Shown piece after piece: positions 1 to 8,883 of a stretch of 20,000 nucleotides of DNA. Position 1 is the stretch's first letter; each line of letters opens with the position of its first letter. The notes under the pieces were generated by a model. That model was given only the letters and a program-made list of their open reading frames with translations, was not told the DNA's origin and searched no databases. Source of the DNA: an uncultured virus (IMG/VR IMGVR_UViG_3300028844_006632) (Duplodnaviria; Heunggongvirae; Uroviricota; Caudoviricetes); IMG/VR virus record IMGVR_UViG_3300028844_006632. One strand, 5' to 3'. The position numbers and the translations under genes were made by a program.

Positions 1-3000
1 AATAAAATCTTTATCATGAATTAACCAGTCAACATCAATCTGAGGACGAAAGTAGTAATAAATTCTAGGTTTGTTTGTACCTTGTCGTGTGAACTCCTCT
101 GAAAATCTATCATCCACAACTTTCCAATTGTGAAGAGTTTCGTCTCCGTTTTCTATTCTGTAATATAATATACCCTGATTCCCCACCATGAATTTAGGAT
201 CATCTCGTTCTCGTGAATGTTGTATTTTATAGGTGGTTGATTTTATATCTGTATCAATTTCTATATATGGTAATCCGTCTACCGAAGTATCTGTTGAAGT
301 CATATCTGCGTTTCTAACATCAAGTTGGTTTAATACTTCCATATATTCACTCGTAGTATTGCTCTTTGTTATAGTCGCAAAAAACTTTGTAAATGTCGGT
401 GTGGGTGTTGCGGTAGGTTTGATTACTTCAAATAAAAGTGATGTCTGTGCATCTACTTTCTCGGAAGGATCAATTTTTGGACTTGTATTTACATTATCCT
501 TGTAATACCTAAGATATAATTTGTACAAATAATGGTCATCTTTAGTTTCAGATATTCTACTACTTGTATTATCATGGTGAGGATAAAATATATAAAATAT
601 ATAACTTCCACGTGATACAGGTCCGATTTTATTTCCATCTTTTACGGGTTTCCAATCCGGTTCAATTGTTGATAAATCCTTATTCGCACCGTCCTCAAGA
701 ATATAATACTCCCACATGGGATTCTCCTTTGCCTTCGTTCCATCATCAGGACGTGAAACTGAGATACCTGTCAATCCATTATCTGTCCGGTGGTCTATTT
801 CACAAGTTTCACTTTGTTGATCAAAATCTATAATACAATAACTTAAATTTTCAAGTGAAGTTGGTGATTGAACCTCGTCATATCGACTCGTTGTTGAAAA
901 TATACCGTTTAAAGCTACATTTTCGTCGGTATCCGTATATACTATTTTAATTTCTGAACTAAAATCTGTAAATGTAGGAGTAGGTGTGGGTGTTGATTGT
1001 AACACTAAAAAGTTTATAGTTTCCTCAGATGCTATATCTTTATCTCCCTCGATTTTCTTTCGTGTTTCATCTTTATTCAAGATTACTTTTAAACTATATA
1101 ATCTGTCTTCATACTCATCATCATCATATCTAGTAGATCGTGTTTCAAGTTTACCGTCAATGTCATATTGATGATATAATTCATAATATATTCTCGCACC
1201 TTTTCTTACTACAATTTCTTTGTCAGTAAGAGGTCTCCAAACAATTTCTGTTGTTGGTGTGGGTGTGGGTGTTTTGCTTTTTGTTGGTGTTTTAGTTGGA
1301 GTTGGAGATGGTAATAAAGTTGGTGTGGGTGTTGGTACATCATCTAATCGTTTCATTACGTTTACCGCAGGTTCCGAAATTGTAAAGTTTCCTTCATAAC
1401 AAACTCCTTTATCGGTAATGAATCTTATTGTATCATCTTGGTTAACTCGAATATTAAGATTTAAAGTCAACCCTCCCTTTGAAAAGTCTTCAGTTTCAAA
1501 TGGAAATAAATATTGATCTGAGTAGATTGTTCGGTCTTTAAATTCGTTCCAACAAAGTGTTCCATTGGTAGATGCAGTTCCACCAATTCCATTTAGTGTT
1601 CCGGCAAAATCACCTTCATATGCTCGTAGACTCAAAGAAAAATCATCACAACACTCTTTAATTATCGAAGGAGTTATTGTTGGGGTCGGTGTAGTTGATT
1701 TAGTGGGTGTTGGTGTATCACTCGGTGTAGGTGTGGGTGTTTTAGTTGGAGTGGGAGAAGGTGTTGGAGTTGGAGTAGCATCAGGATAAGCAACACTATA
1801 TTTAAACAAATAATTTCCATCTGTATTTGTGAAGTGGTTTGTTTCGTGTGTTAATATAGCAATTTCACTTTTCTCATCCATTTCTATTTCAATATAATGA
1901 AGTTCTTCCAACGACATAGATGCTTGTGTTATTGTTAACCGACTATATTCTGCAAATATTTTATATTCGTCTTCTTCAGAAATGATATTACCCAGAGTAT
2001 CTTTATGGTAAAGTTCACGAGAAAAAGAAGTAAAAGTTGGTGTTTTAGTTGGAGTTTTTGTTGGAGTTGGAGTTTTGGTTGGTGTTGGTGTTGGTGTCGG
2101 AGTTGGTGTTGCACACGTTTCGGTCATTATAGAACCAAATTTGCCAAAATTTTGTATATCAAATATTTTCCAACTTCTTGCTAAATGTGGGTATTCTGAA
2201 TTATCAAATGTAAAATAAGCATATTTGGATACTCCCCATTCAAGTTCTTCAGTTTCGGTATTTAGTTTATCTTTTTTACGATAACTTACTACCCAATAAT
2301 CACCTTGCCACCAAATTGTTGCTTGTAAGTTGGGGTTATATACTCCTGTATATGCGTCTTTCTCAACGTCCCACGCAGACCAATATAAACTTTTTCCGTT
2401 GTATAATCTTCCTTGACGATAATAAAAACCATTTATATCTAATCCACCTTCAAGTTTTATATGAGTTAAACATAAAGTGTCCGAATTAAAATAATCACAA
2501 TTTTTGCTTTTAATATTTGGTTCAAGTGGTTCGTCCTGTGTTCCTTCGAATACTTGTGCTAATTTCCAATCTTCAATTTCATGTGGACTTAATACATAAT
2601 CATCTGAATAATACATTTCAATCCACTCGGTTGTAATTTCATCATCTAGTTTTTGTGAATATTGAATTTGCCAACGATTATCTAACCAAATTATTCTCCA
2701 ACTTGTTTTTTCGTTATCACCCTCAAGTGAGTTGTATCGTACACGACCTCCAAAAAATGTAATGTTTTTAAAAAATGTTTTGTTTATGTTGTTTGTTTCG
2801 TTTCCTGCACTTACGCACAATTCCGCAGGATACGAATAATTCTTAAGCAATAAATCAAGTGTGTTTGTATCTTCATAGTTAATGAATGATCCGGATTGAG
2901 GATTTTCACTAAAGTTTTTAAATTTAAATAACTCTGATGATTTATCTTCATTGTCTTCTGCTACATTATGATTACTCAGCACCCAATGACCATTCAATGA

Positions 3001-3528
3001 TCTCTCGTAATGAATCCAAATCTTACCCACATACTCTGAATTCCATGAGGTTTCTTGACTTTCAAGACAATTTGTATTTTTTCTTGGATCGTGACGATCA
3101 CAAGTTTTCATATACACAGGACGATTGTTATGAAAAGATGTAGTCATTGTATAAATTCCATATACAATTTCACCTGCATAACGAGTTTGTGGGTATTTTA
3201 CAACAATTCTCTCAGGGTAATTTGGTATAATTCGTCCTGAGTCTTTATCTGCATCTGCTATAATAGCACTATCTATGTATAATTTTTCTTCGTTGAAACT
3301 TTCACGTACAATTTTGTTTCCAGTTCCACATCTTAATATATGAGGACTCTTTGTCCGAGATGTCTTAGTATCCAAGTATCGTTTCTGTCTATTTACAGGA
3401 ACTCCCCATTGATGTGCCAATTCTGCGGTTACATTATCTTCAGGTAAACCACTAAGTATTGTAGTTTTACACTCAAACGGATATGCTGAAATCCATACAA
3501 GTGCCTGATTACCTTCTAAATTAGCCAT
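1..3528 (-). CDS. Large multidomain protein (>1176 aa, 3' end outside window) with Pro/Thr-rich linkers and Trp-rich repeat modules; probable virion or surface protein
   Basis: Manual translation from ATG at 3528 (MANLEGNQALVWISAYPFECKTT...) shows no stop codon down to position 1. It is probably absent from the ORF track because it has no stop inside the window. Five PTPT tracts. A structural role is inference. Confidence 0.85.
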   Translation of the reverse strand, partial: MANLEGNQALVWISAYPFECKTTILSGLPEDNVTAELAHQWGVPVNRQKRYLDTKTSRTKSPHILRCGTGNKIVRESFNEEKLYIDSAIIADADKDSGRIIPNYPERIVVKYPQTRYAGEIVYGIYTMTTSFHNNRPVYMKTCDRHDPRKNTNCLESQETSWNSEYVGKIWIHYERSLNGHWVLSNHNVAEDNEDKSSELFKFKNFSENPQSGSFINYEDTNTLDLLLKNYSYPAELCVSAGNETNNINKTFFKNITFFGGRVRYNSLEGDNEKTSWRIIWLDNRWQIQYSQKLDDEITTEWIEMYYSDDYVLSPHEIEDWKLAQVFEGTQDEPLEPNIKSKNCDYFNSDTLCLTHIKLEGGLDINGFYYRQGRLYNGKSLYWSAWDVEKDAYTGVYNPNLQATIWWQGDYWVVSYRKKDKLNTETEELEWGVSKYAYFTFDNSEYPHLARSWKIFDIQNFGKFGSIMTETCATPTPTPTPTPTKTPTPTKTPTKTPTFTSFSRELYHKDTLGNIISEEDEYKIFAEYSRLTITQASMSLEELHYIEIEMDEKSEIAILTHETNHFTNTDGNYLFKYSVAYPDATPTPTPSPTPTKTPTPTPSDTPTPTKSTTPTPTITPSIIKECCDDFSLSLRAYEGDFAGTLNGIGGTASTNGTLCWNEFKDRTIYSDQYLFPFETEDFSKGGLTLNLNIRVNQDDTIRFITDKGVCYEGNFTISEPAVNVMKRLDDVPTPTPTLLPSPTPTKTPTKSKTPTPTPTTEIVWRPLTDKEIVVRKGARIYYELYHQYDIDGKLETRSTRYDDDEYEDRLYSLKVILNKDETRKKIEGDKDIASEETINFLVLQSTPTPTPTFTDFSSEIKIVYTDTDENVALNGIFSTTSRYDEVQSPTSLENLSYCIIDFDQQSETCEIDHRTDNGLTGISVSRPDDGTKAKENPMWEYYILEDGANKDLSTIEPDWKPVKDGNKIGPVSRGSYIFYIFYPHHDNTSSRISETKDDHYLYKLYLRYYKDNVNTSPKIDPSEKVDAQTSLLFEVIKPTATPTPTFTKFFATITKSNTTSEYMEVLNQLDVRNADMTSTDTSVDGLPYIEIDTDIKSTTYKIQHSRERDDPKFMVGNQGILYYRIENGDETLHNWKVVDDRFSEEFTRQGTNKPRIYYYFRPQIDVDWLIHDKDFI
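394..2109 (-). repeat. Five Pro/Thr-rich (PTPT/KTPT) low-complexity coding tracts at about 394-417, 973-996, 1249-1335, 1669-1776 and 2035-2109
   Basis: Plus strand shows runs of tgg/tgt/ggg/agt triplets that read TPTPTPTPTPTKTPTPTKTPTKTPT etc. on the minus strand, in frame with the 3528 ORF. Confidence 0.9.
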
Positions 3529-3572
3529 AATATATAAATATAAACGTTTTTAATACTTACCAACAAATTAAA

Positions 3573-3863
3573 TCAGTAAATATACTCAATAAATAGGTTT
3601 GGATTTTCGTAGTATTCAATCATTTTATTTATTGTGTTTCTATTTAGTTTATCTATAAAATAACTCGCAGAAAACTTGCTGGTTGAATGTGCATCTAAAA
3701 GTCTTGAATATGAACCCACTATTTTATTATTTGAATTAAATTCTGTTGCTTCCCTTAGTTTTATTAATTCATAATCATTCGAATAAAAATACAACAAATA
3801 ACGAGAATTATCCTCGTTTTTTTGTTCTAAAAATAGTGTAATTGGTTTGACGTTTTCCCACAT
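3573..3863 (-). CDS. Hypothetical protein (96 aa)
   Basis: ATG ORF fills the gap between the large ORF and the divergent helicase; plausible composition; no recognisable motif. Confidence 0.6.
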   Translation of the reverse strand: MWENVKPITLFLEQKNEDNSRYLLYFYSNDYELIKLREATEFNSNNKIVGSYSRLLDAHSTSKFSASYFIDKLNRNTINKMIEYYENPNLFIEYIY

Positions 3864-3876
3864 AATTTACTATAAT
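3847..3876 (+). promoter_or_regulatory. Putative sigma70-type promoter for the helicase
   Basis: TTGACG (3847-3852), 18-nt spacer, TATAAT (3871-3876), 33 nt upstream of ATG 3910. Confidence 0.6.
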
Positions 3877-3909
3877 GTATATATTTATATATATCTAAAT
3901 TGTATAAAA

Positions 3910-5553
3910 ATGGATTTAGCAGAAAAATTAGTTTGGTCAAAACCAGAAAAAGTATTAACCAAATACGGAAGTCGTTGGAAAAAACGATGCATACTTGATC
4001 CTGACTTTGCATCAGGATTCTGGGCATTTTGGAAAACTAACTCCGATTATATGAAAAAACAGGGTTACTCTGTTTCTAAAAATAAAGGTTCAAAGGATTG
4101 GTTTATTACACACTGGGCAACTAGTCGTGAAGATTTAATCGGTGAGGTTGCTGAAGAAGATGTTGTTCTTGAAAGCAACTTGCCTATGCGGAAAGTAAAA
4201 AAGAACAAAGGTCTTCATCCGTGGCAAGTTGATGCAGTATCAAGATTAGCAGCCAGTATTGAAAGACATGGTTCTGCTATGGATGGAAGTGACACAGGTG
4301 TGGGTAAAACATATTCTGCAATCGGAACTGCACGTGAACTTGGATTGAAAATTGGAATTGTATGTCCAAAGGCAGTTCAAGAAAGTTGGAAACGAGTAGC
4401 AGAAAATCATTTTGGAGTGGTACCTGAATTTGTTGTGAATTACGAAAGTCTTCGTACAGGTAATCGTAAAGCAATTGGTACTTGGAAAATGATTGCCAAT
4501 AAAAATGGTGGAAGACGAAAAAAGGTATTTGAATATTGCATTCCTAAAAACACTTTAATTATTTTTGATGAAAGTCATAAACTAAAAGGTAAAACATCTT
4601 TAAATAGTAAACTTGGTATCTTCGCAAAAGAACAAGGATACAAAATTCTTATGGCAAGTGCTACTTCCGCAATTAATCCAATGGATATGCGAGCAATGGG
4701 TTATATTCTTGGATTGCACAACAATACAAGTTTTTGGAGTTGGGTTCGCAAAAACGGATGCTATCAAGGTAGATTCGGTTATACTTTCAACGGAGACAAA
4801 GAAATTCTTCGCAATCTTCACAAAGATGTATTCTTGGATAGAGGCATACGTCTTCGTAGAGACGAAATACCAGGTTTTCCTGAGTGTGATGTTCATAGTA
4901 TCGCATACGACATGGACACTACCGATACCAAGCAAATAACGCAAGTATTCTTTGAAATGAAAGCAGAACTTGGGAAACTCAATAAAGTTGCGAAAACTGA
5001 AAAAGAAAAACAAGCAAATTCATTGGTGGTGCAATTACGAGCAAGACAAAAGTGTGAACTTATTAAAGTTCCTTTGTTCGTAGAACTTGCAGAAGAAGCA
5101 ATGGAAAATGGAATGAGTATCGTTTTGTTTATGAACTTTAAAGATAGCATAGATGCGTTAGCAGAACGATTAAAAACCAAATGTATCATTGACGGAAGAA
5201 ACAAACCAAAAGAACGTCAGGCAAACATTGATGCGTTTCAGAATGATAAAAAACGTGTCATCATCGTCAATGCTCAAGCAGGTGGTGCAGGTATCAGTTT
5301 ACATGACCTCAATGGAAAGTATCCAAGAATGGCATTGATTTCTCCAAGTTATAGTGCAATCATTTTAAAACAATGCCTTGGAAGAGTTCACCGAGATGGA
5401 TCAAAAACAAAAGCACTTCAAAGAATTGTATTCGTTGCAAATACCGTTGAAGAAGAAGTTTGTGAAAAAGTTAAAGACAAACTTCACAATCTTGATTTAA
5501 TCAACGATGGAGTTTTAAGTTTAGACAACGAAAAACTGTTTGAACGAAAATAA
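3910..5553 (+). CDS. Superfamily 2 (DExH, SNF2/ResIII-like) helicase with a Trp-rich N-terminal domain, 547 aa
   Basis: Walker A DTGVGKT, motif Ia VCPKAV, motif II DESH, motif III SAT, motif V AGGAGISL, motif VI QCLGRVHR. Start moved from the track's TTG 3847, which is the -35 box, to ATG 3910. Confidence 0.92.
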   Translation: MDLAEKLVWSKPEKVLTKYGSRWKKRCILDPDFASGFWAFWKTNSDYMKKQGYSVSKNKGSKDWFITHWATSREDLIGEVAEEDVVLESNLPMRKVKKNKGLHPWQVDAVSRLAASIERHGSAMDGSDTGVGKTYSAIGTARELGLKIGIVCPKAVQESWKRVAENHFGVVPEFVVNYESLRTGNRKAIGTWKMIANKNGGRRKKVFEYCIPKNTLIIFDESHKLKGKTSLNSKLGIFAKEQGYKILMASATSAINPMDMRAMGYILGLHNNTSFWSWVRKNGCYQGRFGYTFNGDKEILRNLHKDVFLDRGIRLRRDEIPGFPECDVHSIAYDMDTTDTKQITQVFFEMKAELGKLNKVAKTEKEKQANSLVVQLRARQKCELIKVPLFVELAEEAMENGMSIVLFMNFKDSIDALAERLKTKCIIDGRNKPKERQANIDAFQNDKKRVIIVNAQAGGAGISLHDLNGKYPRMALISPSYSAIILKQCLGRVHRDGSKTKALQRIVFVANTVEEEVCEKVKDKLHNLDLINDGVLSLDNEKLFERK

Positions 5554-6258
5554 TTAAGTTCTTAAAATTGTATTAAAGTGATGTGGGTATTTTGCTACTC
5601 CAGCACGACCAAACAAGTTAATTACATGATACATCAAAAGTCTTTCACTTTCAGCATTACTTCTTACACGATTATTAGTTATATTTCTTGCCAACCATGC
5701 TTCGGTTTGTTCTTTGAATACAGGTAATTCATGATACTCGTAATAGTGGTCTGCTAATCTTAAAACTTGTTTCATTCTTTCGGCAATTCCAACCACAACG
5801 CAATCACTTCTCCAAAAAATTTGCTCTGTACTGATTGCAGAGTCAATTATTTCTAGTAACATATTTTTATCTATTGAAATATCAGCACGAGCACGAATAA
5901 TTAAATCAAACTCGTAATTGTTTTCTATTTCATATTTTTCCGCAAGAAGTAAACCTTCTTTTATATTTGTCCATTGTGATATAATTCTATTTGAAAATCC
6001 TCCGCGATCATACTTCTCAAATGCATCTCCGGGAATATACTTTACATCTGTATAATAATTGTTCAAAAACTCATAATCAAGAGGTTCGTTTCCTGTATAC
6101 TCAATATTGTCACGACTTCGTTTTGCAGGACACAAAAAGTCAAAGCATTGGCCAAAAATTTTATATTCATGTTGACTTTCATCTTTGAATATCATTCCCA
6201 AATCATTTAAATGTTTATAGTTTTTAATTAAACCAGACATTATTACTGCAATTTTCAT
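5554..6258 (-). CDS. Uncharacterised glycosyltransferase-like protein (paralog 1)
   Basis: N-terminal MKIAVIMSG and internal FDLIIRARADI pattern shared with two neighbours; lies in the glycan cluster. Function is inference. Confidence 0.6.
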   Translation of the reverse strand: MKIAVIMSGLIKNYKHLNDLGMIFKDESQHEYKIFGQCFDFLCPAKRSRDNIEYTGNEPLDYEFLNNYYTDVKYIPGDAFEKYDRGGFSNRIISQWTNIKEGLLLAEKYEIENNYEFDLIIRARADISIDKNMLLEIIDSAISTEQIFWRSDCVVVGIAERMKQVLRLADHYYEYHELPVFKEQTEAWLARNITNNRVRSNAESERLLMYHVINLFGRAGVAKYPHHFNTILRT

Positions 6259-6259
6259 T

Positions 6260-6889
6260 TTATTTATTCCTGTTAATTACTAAGTGTTGATTATTTTTTC
6301 CGTCAGTATTTGAATCGTAATTTTCTTTCAGCATAAAATTTATATTTTTTTCTCCTATACTTTGACACAATTCAGGATACAAATGATGTCCTGTTCCACG
6401 AATTCCACCCGAGAATCTACTATCAATACACGCATTATTAAAGTTGTCTATGTATCTAGGGGGCATTGCAAACATTAAATCAGTAACTTTTCTGTATCCT
6501 AAAGATTTTCGGTAATGCTTTTTTTCTTCCCATGTAAAATTGAATTTAGAATCATCTATATCAAATTCTGTAATTGGAACTTGAAACAATAAATCAAATC
6601 TTAAATTCAAAATTAAATCATATTCATTTAAATTATCAACTTGATTATTTGATTCAATAAATGAATCACTTATAAATTCAGTTTTTTGAAATGAATATTT
6701 AATTGGTCTTAACAACTCAATTAAATTATTATCATTCTTGATACCAGTTGAATGTGAGTGAAAATATACATCACTGTTTGGTAAATGATTAAACAACATC
6801 TGCTGATGATTTTCATAGCATAGAAAAAAATTAGAACCCTTTGCTTTGGTTCTGTAATAATGACCACGATAACATAATGCAACTTTCAT
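6260..6889 (-). CDS. Uncharacterised glycosyltransferase-like protein (paralog 2)
   Basis: MKVALCYRGH, VYFHSH, YDLILNLRFDL, TDLMFA; same motif layout as 5554..6258. Confidence 0.6.
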   Translation of the reverse strand: MKVALCYRGHYYRTKAKGSNFFLCYENHQQMLFNHLPNSDVYFHSHSTGIKNDNNLIELLRPIKYSFQKTEFISDSFIESNNQVDNLNEYDLILNLRFDLLFQVPITEFDIDDSKFNFTWEEKKHYRKSLGYRKVTDLMFAMPPRYIDNFNNACIDSRFSGGIRGTGHHLYPELCQSIGEKNINFMLKENYDSNTDGKNNQHLVINRNK

Positions 6890-6891
6890 TG

Positions 6892-7530
6892 TTATTCATC
6901 TGCTCCAAGCATTTTAGTATTTTCTTTGTTATGCCCACAATATTTGTTGCAAATGTGTCTCCAACTAAATTTCATCAACGAACCAGTGCCTATATCTTTT
7001 TTACAATGCTCTCGTAAATGATAATTTAATTTAAATACAAAAAAGAAGTCTCTTACTCCATTGCTTGTAGTTTTCTCAACAACGATGTCGTGTTTATTTA
7101 GCAACTCCTTTGCTCTTTCGTGGTCATAACTGCGAATTCCCATGTCTGACCTAAACAAATATATTATTGTATCATCGTTATACTGCTCTGAATTTTCTTG
7201 GAACATTACCAATGATTCTTTTATGTGTTTAAAAAACGACATTATTCTTTGTGGTTGTTGATTGGACTTGTTGAATCTTAACGCATTTAATTTTTTTACT
7301 TCTTCATAGAAAAATTTAGCATCATAATCATAAGCATTGATGGTTGAATTTTCTTTAAATCTTTCCTTCAATTCATCATCAGTAACTAATACACCGTTGT
7401 CCTCGTACCGTCTCTTTGGTACATAAACAAACTTATTCACTTTTCCCATATCCACATTGTGGACACGCATATCTCTCAAAAATCCGTATATACAGAATAC
7501 AAAATTATCATCATCCATCTCGTCAATCAC
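6892..7530 (-). CDS. Uncharacterised glycosyltransferase-like protein (paralog 3); start may be ATG 7518
   Basis: FVFCIYGFLR, IIYLFRSDM, RDFFFV; same layout, more divergent. Confidence 0.55.
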   Translation of the reverse strand: MIDEMDDDNFVFCIYGFLRDMRVHNVDMGKVNKFVYVPKRRYEDNGVLVTDDELKERFKENSTINAYDYDAKFFYEEVKKLNALRFNKSNQQPQRIMSFFKHIKESLVMFQENSEQYNDDTIIYLFRSDMGIRSYDHERAKELLNKHDIVVEKTTSNGVRDFFFVFKLNYHLREHCKKDIGTGSLMKFSWRHICNKYCGHNKENTKMLGADE

Positions 7531-7533
7531 CCT

Positions 7534-8124
7534 TTAATACCCAAACATATCAACATCCCTTTCAAACTTTTTTCTAATCAATAAATCTACATTTGGACAG
7601 TCTGTGTAGTATTCACCAAAGTGTTTTGTTTTCTTTTTTGATACATTTGCCTTTGGAAGTTCTTCTCGTTCGATTCCAACTGTATCACAAAACTTATAAA
7701 AGTCATTTTGAATATTTTCGTAACTTATTGGACCAGTTAACATATTCTTTCCTTCATACGCATAATAATTCGTTTGAGGTGACAATTGTCGTGTTGATTC
7801 TTCAAACTTTTGACAACTCATAGTTCCATGCCCCAAGTAAAAGTAATAAGAAGTTGCACGATCCCACGGATTTCTAACGCATCCTGATATTGTGTAATCC
7901 TCAAGTTTCCCATATGAATCGTCCCAATTTTGCACATAATGTTTTATTGTTGCGTGTTTACCACCTGCAAAATTGTTTAAACCAAATTTGTCCATAACAC
8001 CATCTTTATTGAATGATGTATTTATTATTTCATCGTCTGAATATTTCTTCAATACATTTTGTATTGCATTTCCCGCAGTTTTTGGTGCGTGGATGAATAT
8101 AAATTTGTGTTCAAAACTAATCAT
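7534..8124 (-). CDS. Carbohydrate sulfotransferase (Sulfotransfer_2 family)
   Basis: 5'-PSB motif FIFIHAPKTAGNAI and 3'-PB motif VRNPWDRATSYY; C-terminal ending DVDMFGY typical of the family. Confidence 0.88.
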   Translation of the reverse strand: MISFEHKFIFIHAPKTAGNAIQNVLKKYSDDEIINTSFNKDGVMDKFGLNNFAGGKHATIKHYVQNWDDSYGKLEDYTISGCVRNPWDRATSYYFYLGHGTMSCQKFEESTRQLSPQTNYYAYEGKNMLTGPISYENIQNDFYKFCDTVGIEREELPKANVSKKKTKHFGEYYTDCPNVDLLIRKKFERDVDMFGY

Positions 8125-8166
8125 ACTTTCTATTATAATAAGTATGAAATAGATTTATTTTACATT

Positions 8167-8883
8167 CTATTTACGAAGAAAGATTGCATCACCACCCTCT
8201 TTCTGATTTGCGTGGTAAAAACCAGATTCGTCCAACATTTTCTTTATATTATTCATCTTACATTCGTCGGGTGCTTTATATTGATGAGTTCCACCTTCTA
8301 GTACAATTAGTTGGCAATTATTTAAATACTTTACATTGCCCTTTAAAGCATAATATTCTGCTCCTTGTAAATCAAGACACAAAATATATTTGTGATTTTC
8401 AAGATTTCTACTTTCAATAAAAGTATCAAGTGTAGTTGCAGGAACAGTTACTTTTTCGGATGTATGCACTTCCCCCCACTTATCATTAAATTCTAAAATT
8501 GATGATGTGCCTATATTTGCTTTTTTACCATCAACTTCAATTAAATTAGGAGCATTTTTTCCAAATGGTGGATTTGGAGTATCAACTGTACAATAAAAAT
8601 CTATTGTAGTATTTTCATGATAAACCGCAGACGGAACTAATTCTACTTGATCGGAACTGATATTATTTGATTTTAAATTTTTATTGCATATATCAACGCA
8701 AGTTGGATTACATTCAAACGCATAAACTTTTTTATTGGTATCCCAATTTAATTTTATGGCATCTACAATATCACGACTTCCACCTTCAATGATATAATCA
8801 AATTCTACTTTAGGATATTTTGATAACAAAAAATGATATGATGCAGGAGCACCGCAAATTGTATCTTCGTGTAATTTATTCAT
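8167..8883 (-). CDS. FkbM-family SAM-dependent methyltransferase
   Basis: IIEGGSRD motif I, VYAFECNP, GTSSIL, VPATTLDTF, LCLDLQGAEYYALKG. Confidence 0.88.
   Translation of the reverse strand: MNKLHEDTICGAPASYHFLLSKYPKVEFDYIIEGGSRDIVDAIKLNWDTNKKVYAFECNPTCVDICNKNLKSNNISSDQVELVPSAVYHENTTIDFYCTVDTPNPPFGKNAPNLIEVDGKKANIGTSSILEFNDKWGEVHTSEKVTVPATTLDTFIESRNLENHKYILCLDLQGAEYYALKGNVKYLNNCQLIVLEGGTHQYKAPDECKMNNIKKMLDESGFYHANQKEGGDAIFLRK

Noticed and set aside
1249..2109. GT-rich repeats as a possible CRISPR array or non-coding tandem repeat
   Set aside because: Degenerate, vary at synonymous positions, in frame, and lack a constant repeat/spacer structure.
233..3240. Plus-strand track ORFs, including Val/Gly-repeat ones (233..505, 1565..1789)
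   Set aside because: Antisense shadows of the continuous minus-strand ORF; the VGVG runs are the reverse complement of PTPT codons.
3847..3909. Track start (TTG 3847) for the helicase
   Set aside because: The extension is low-complexity AT-rich sequence containing the -35/-10 boxes; ATG 3910 is more plausible.
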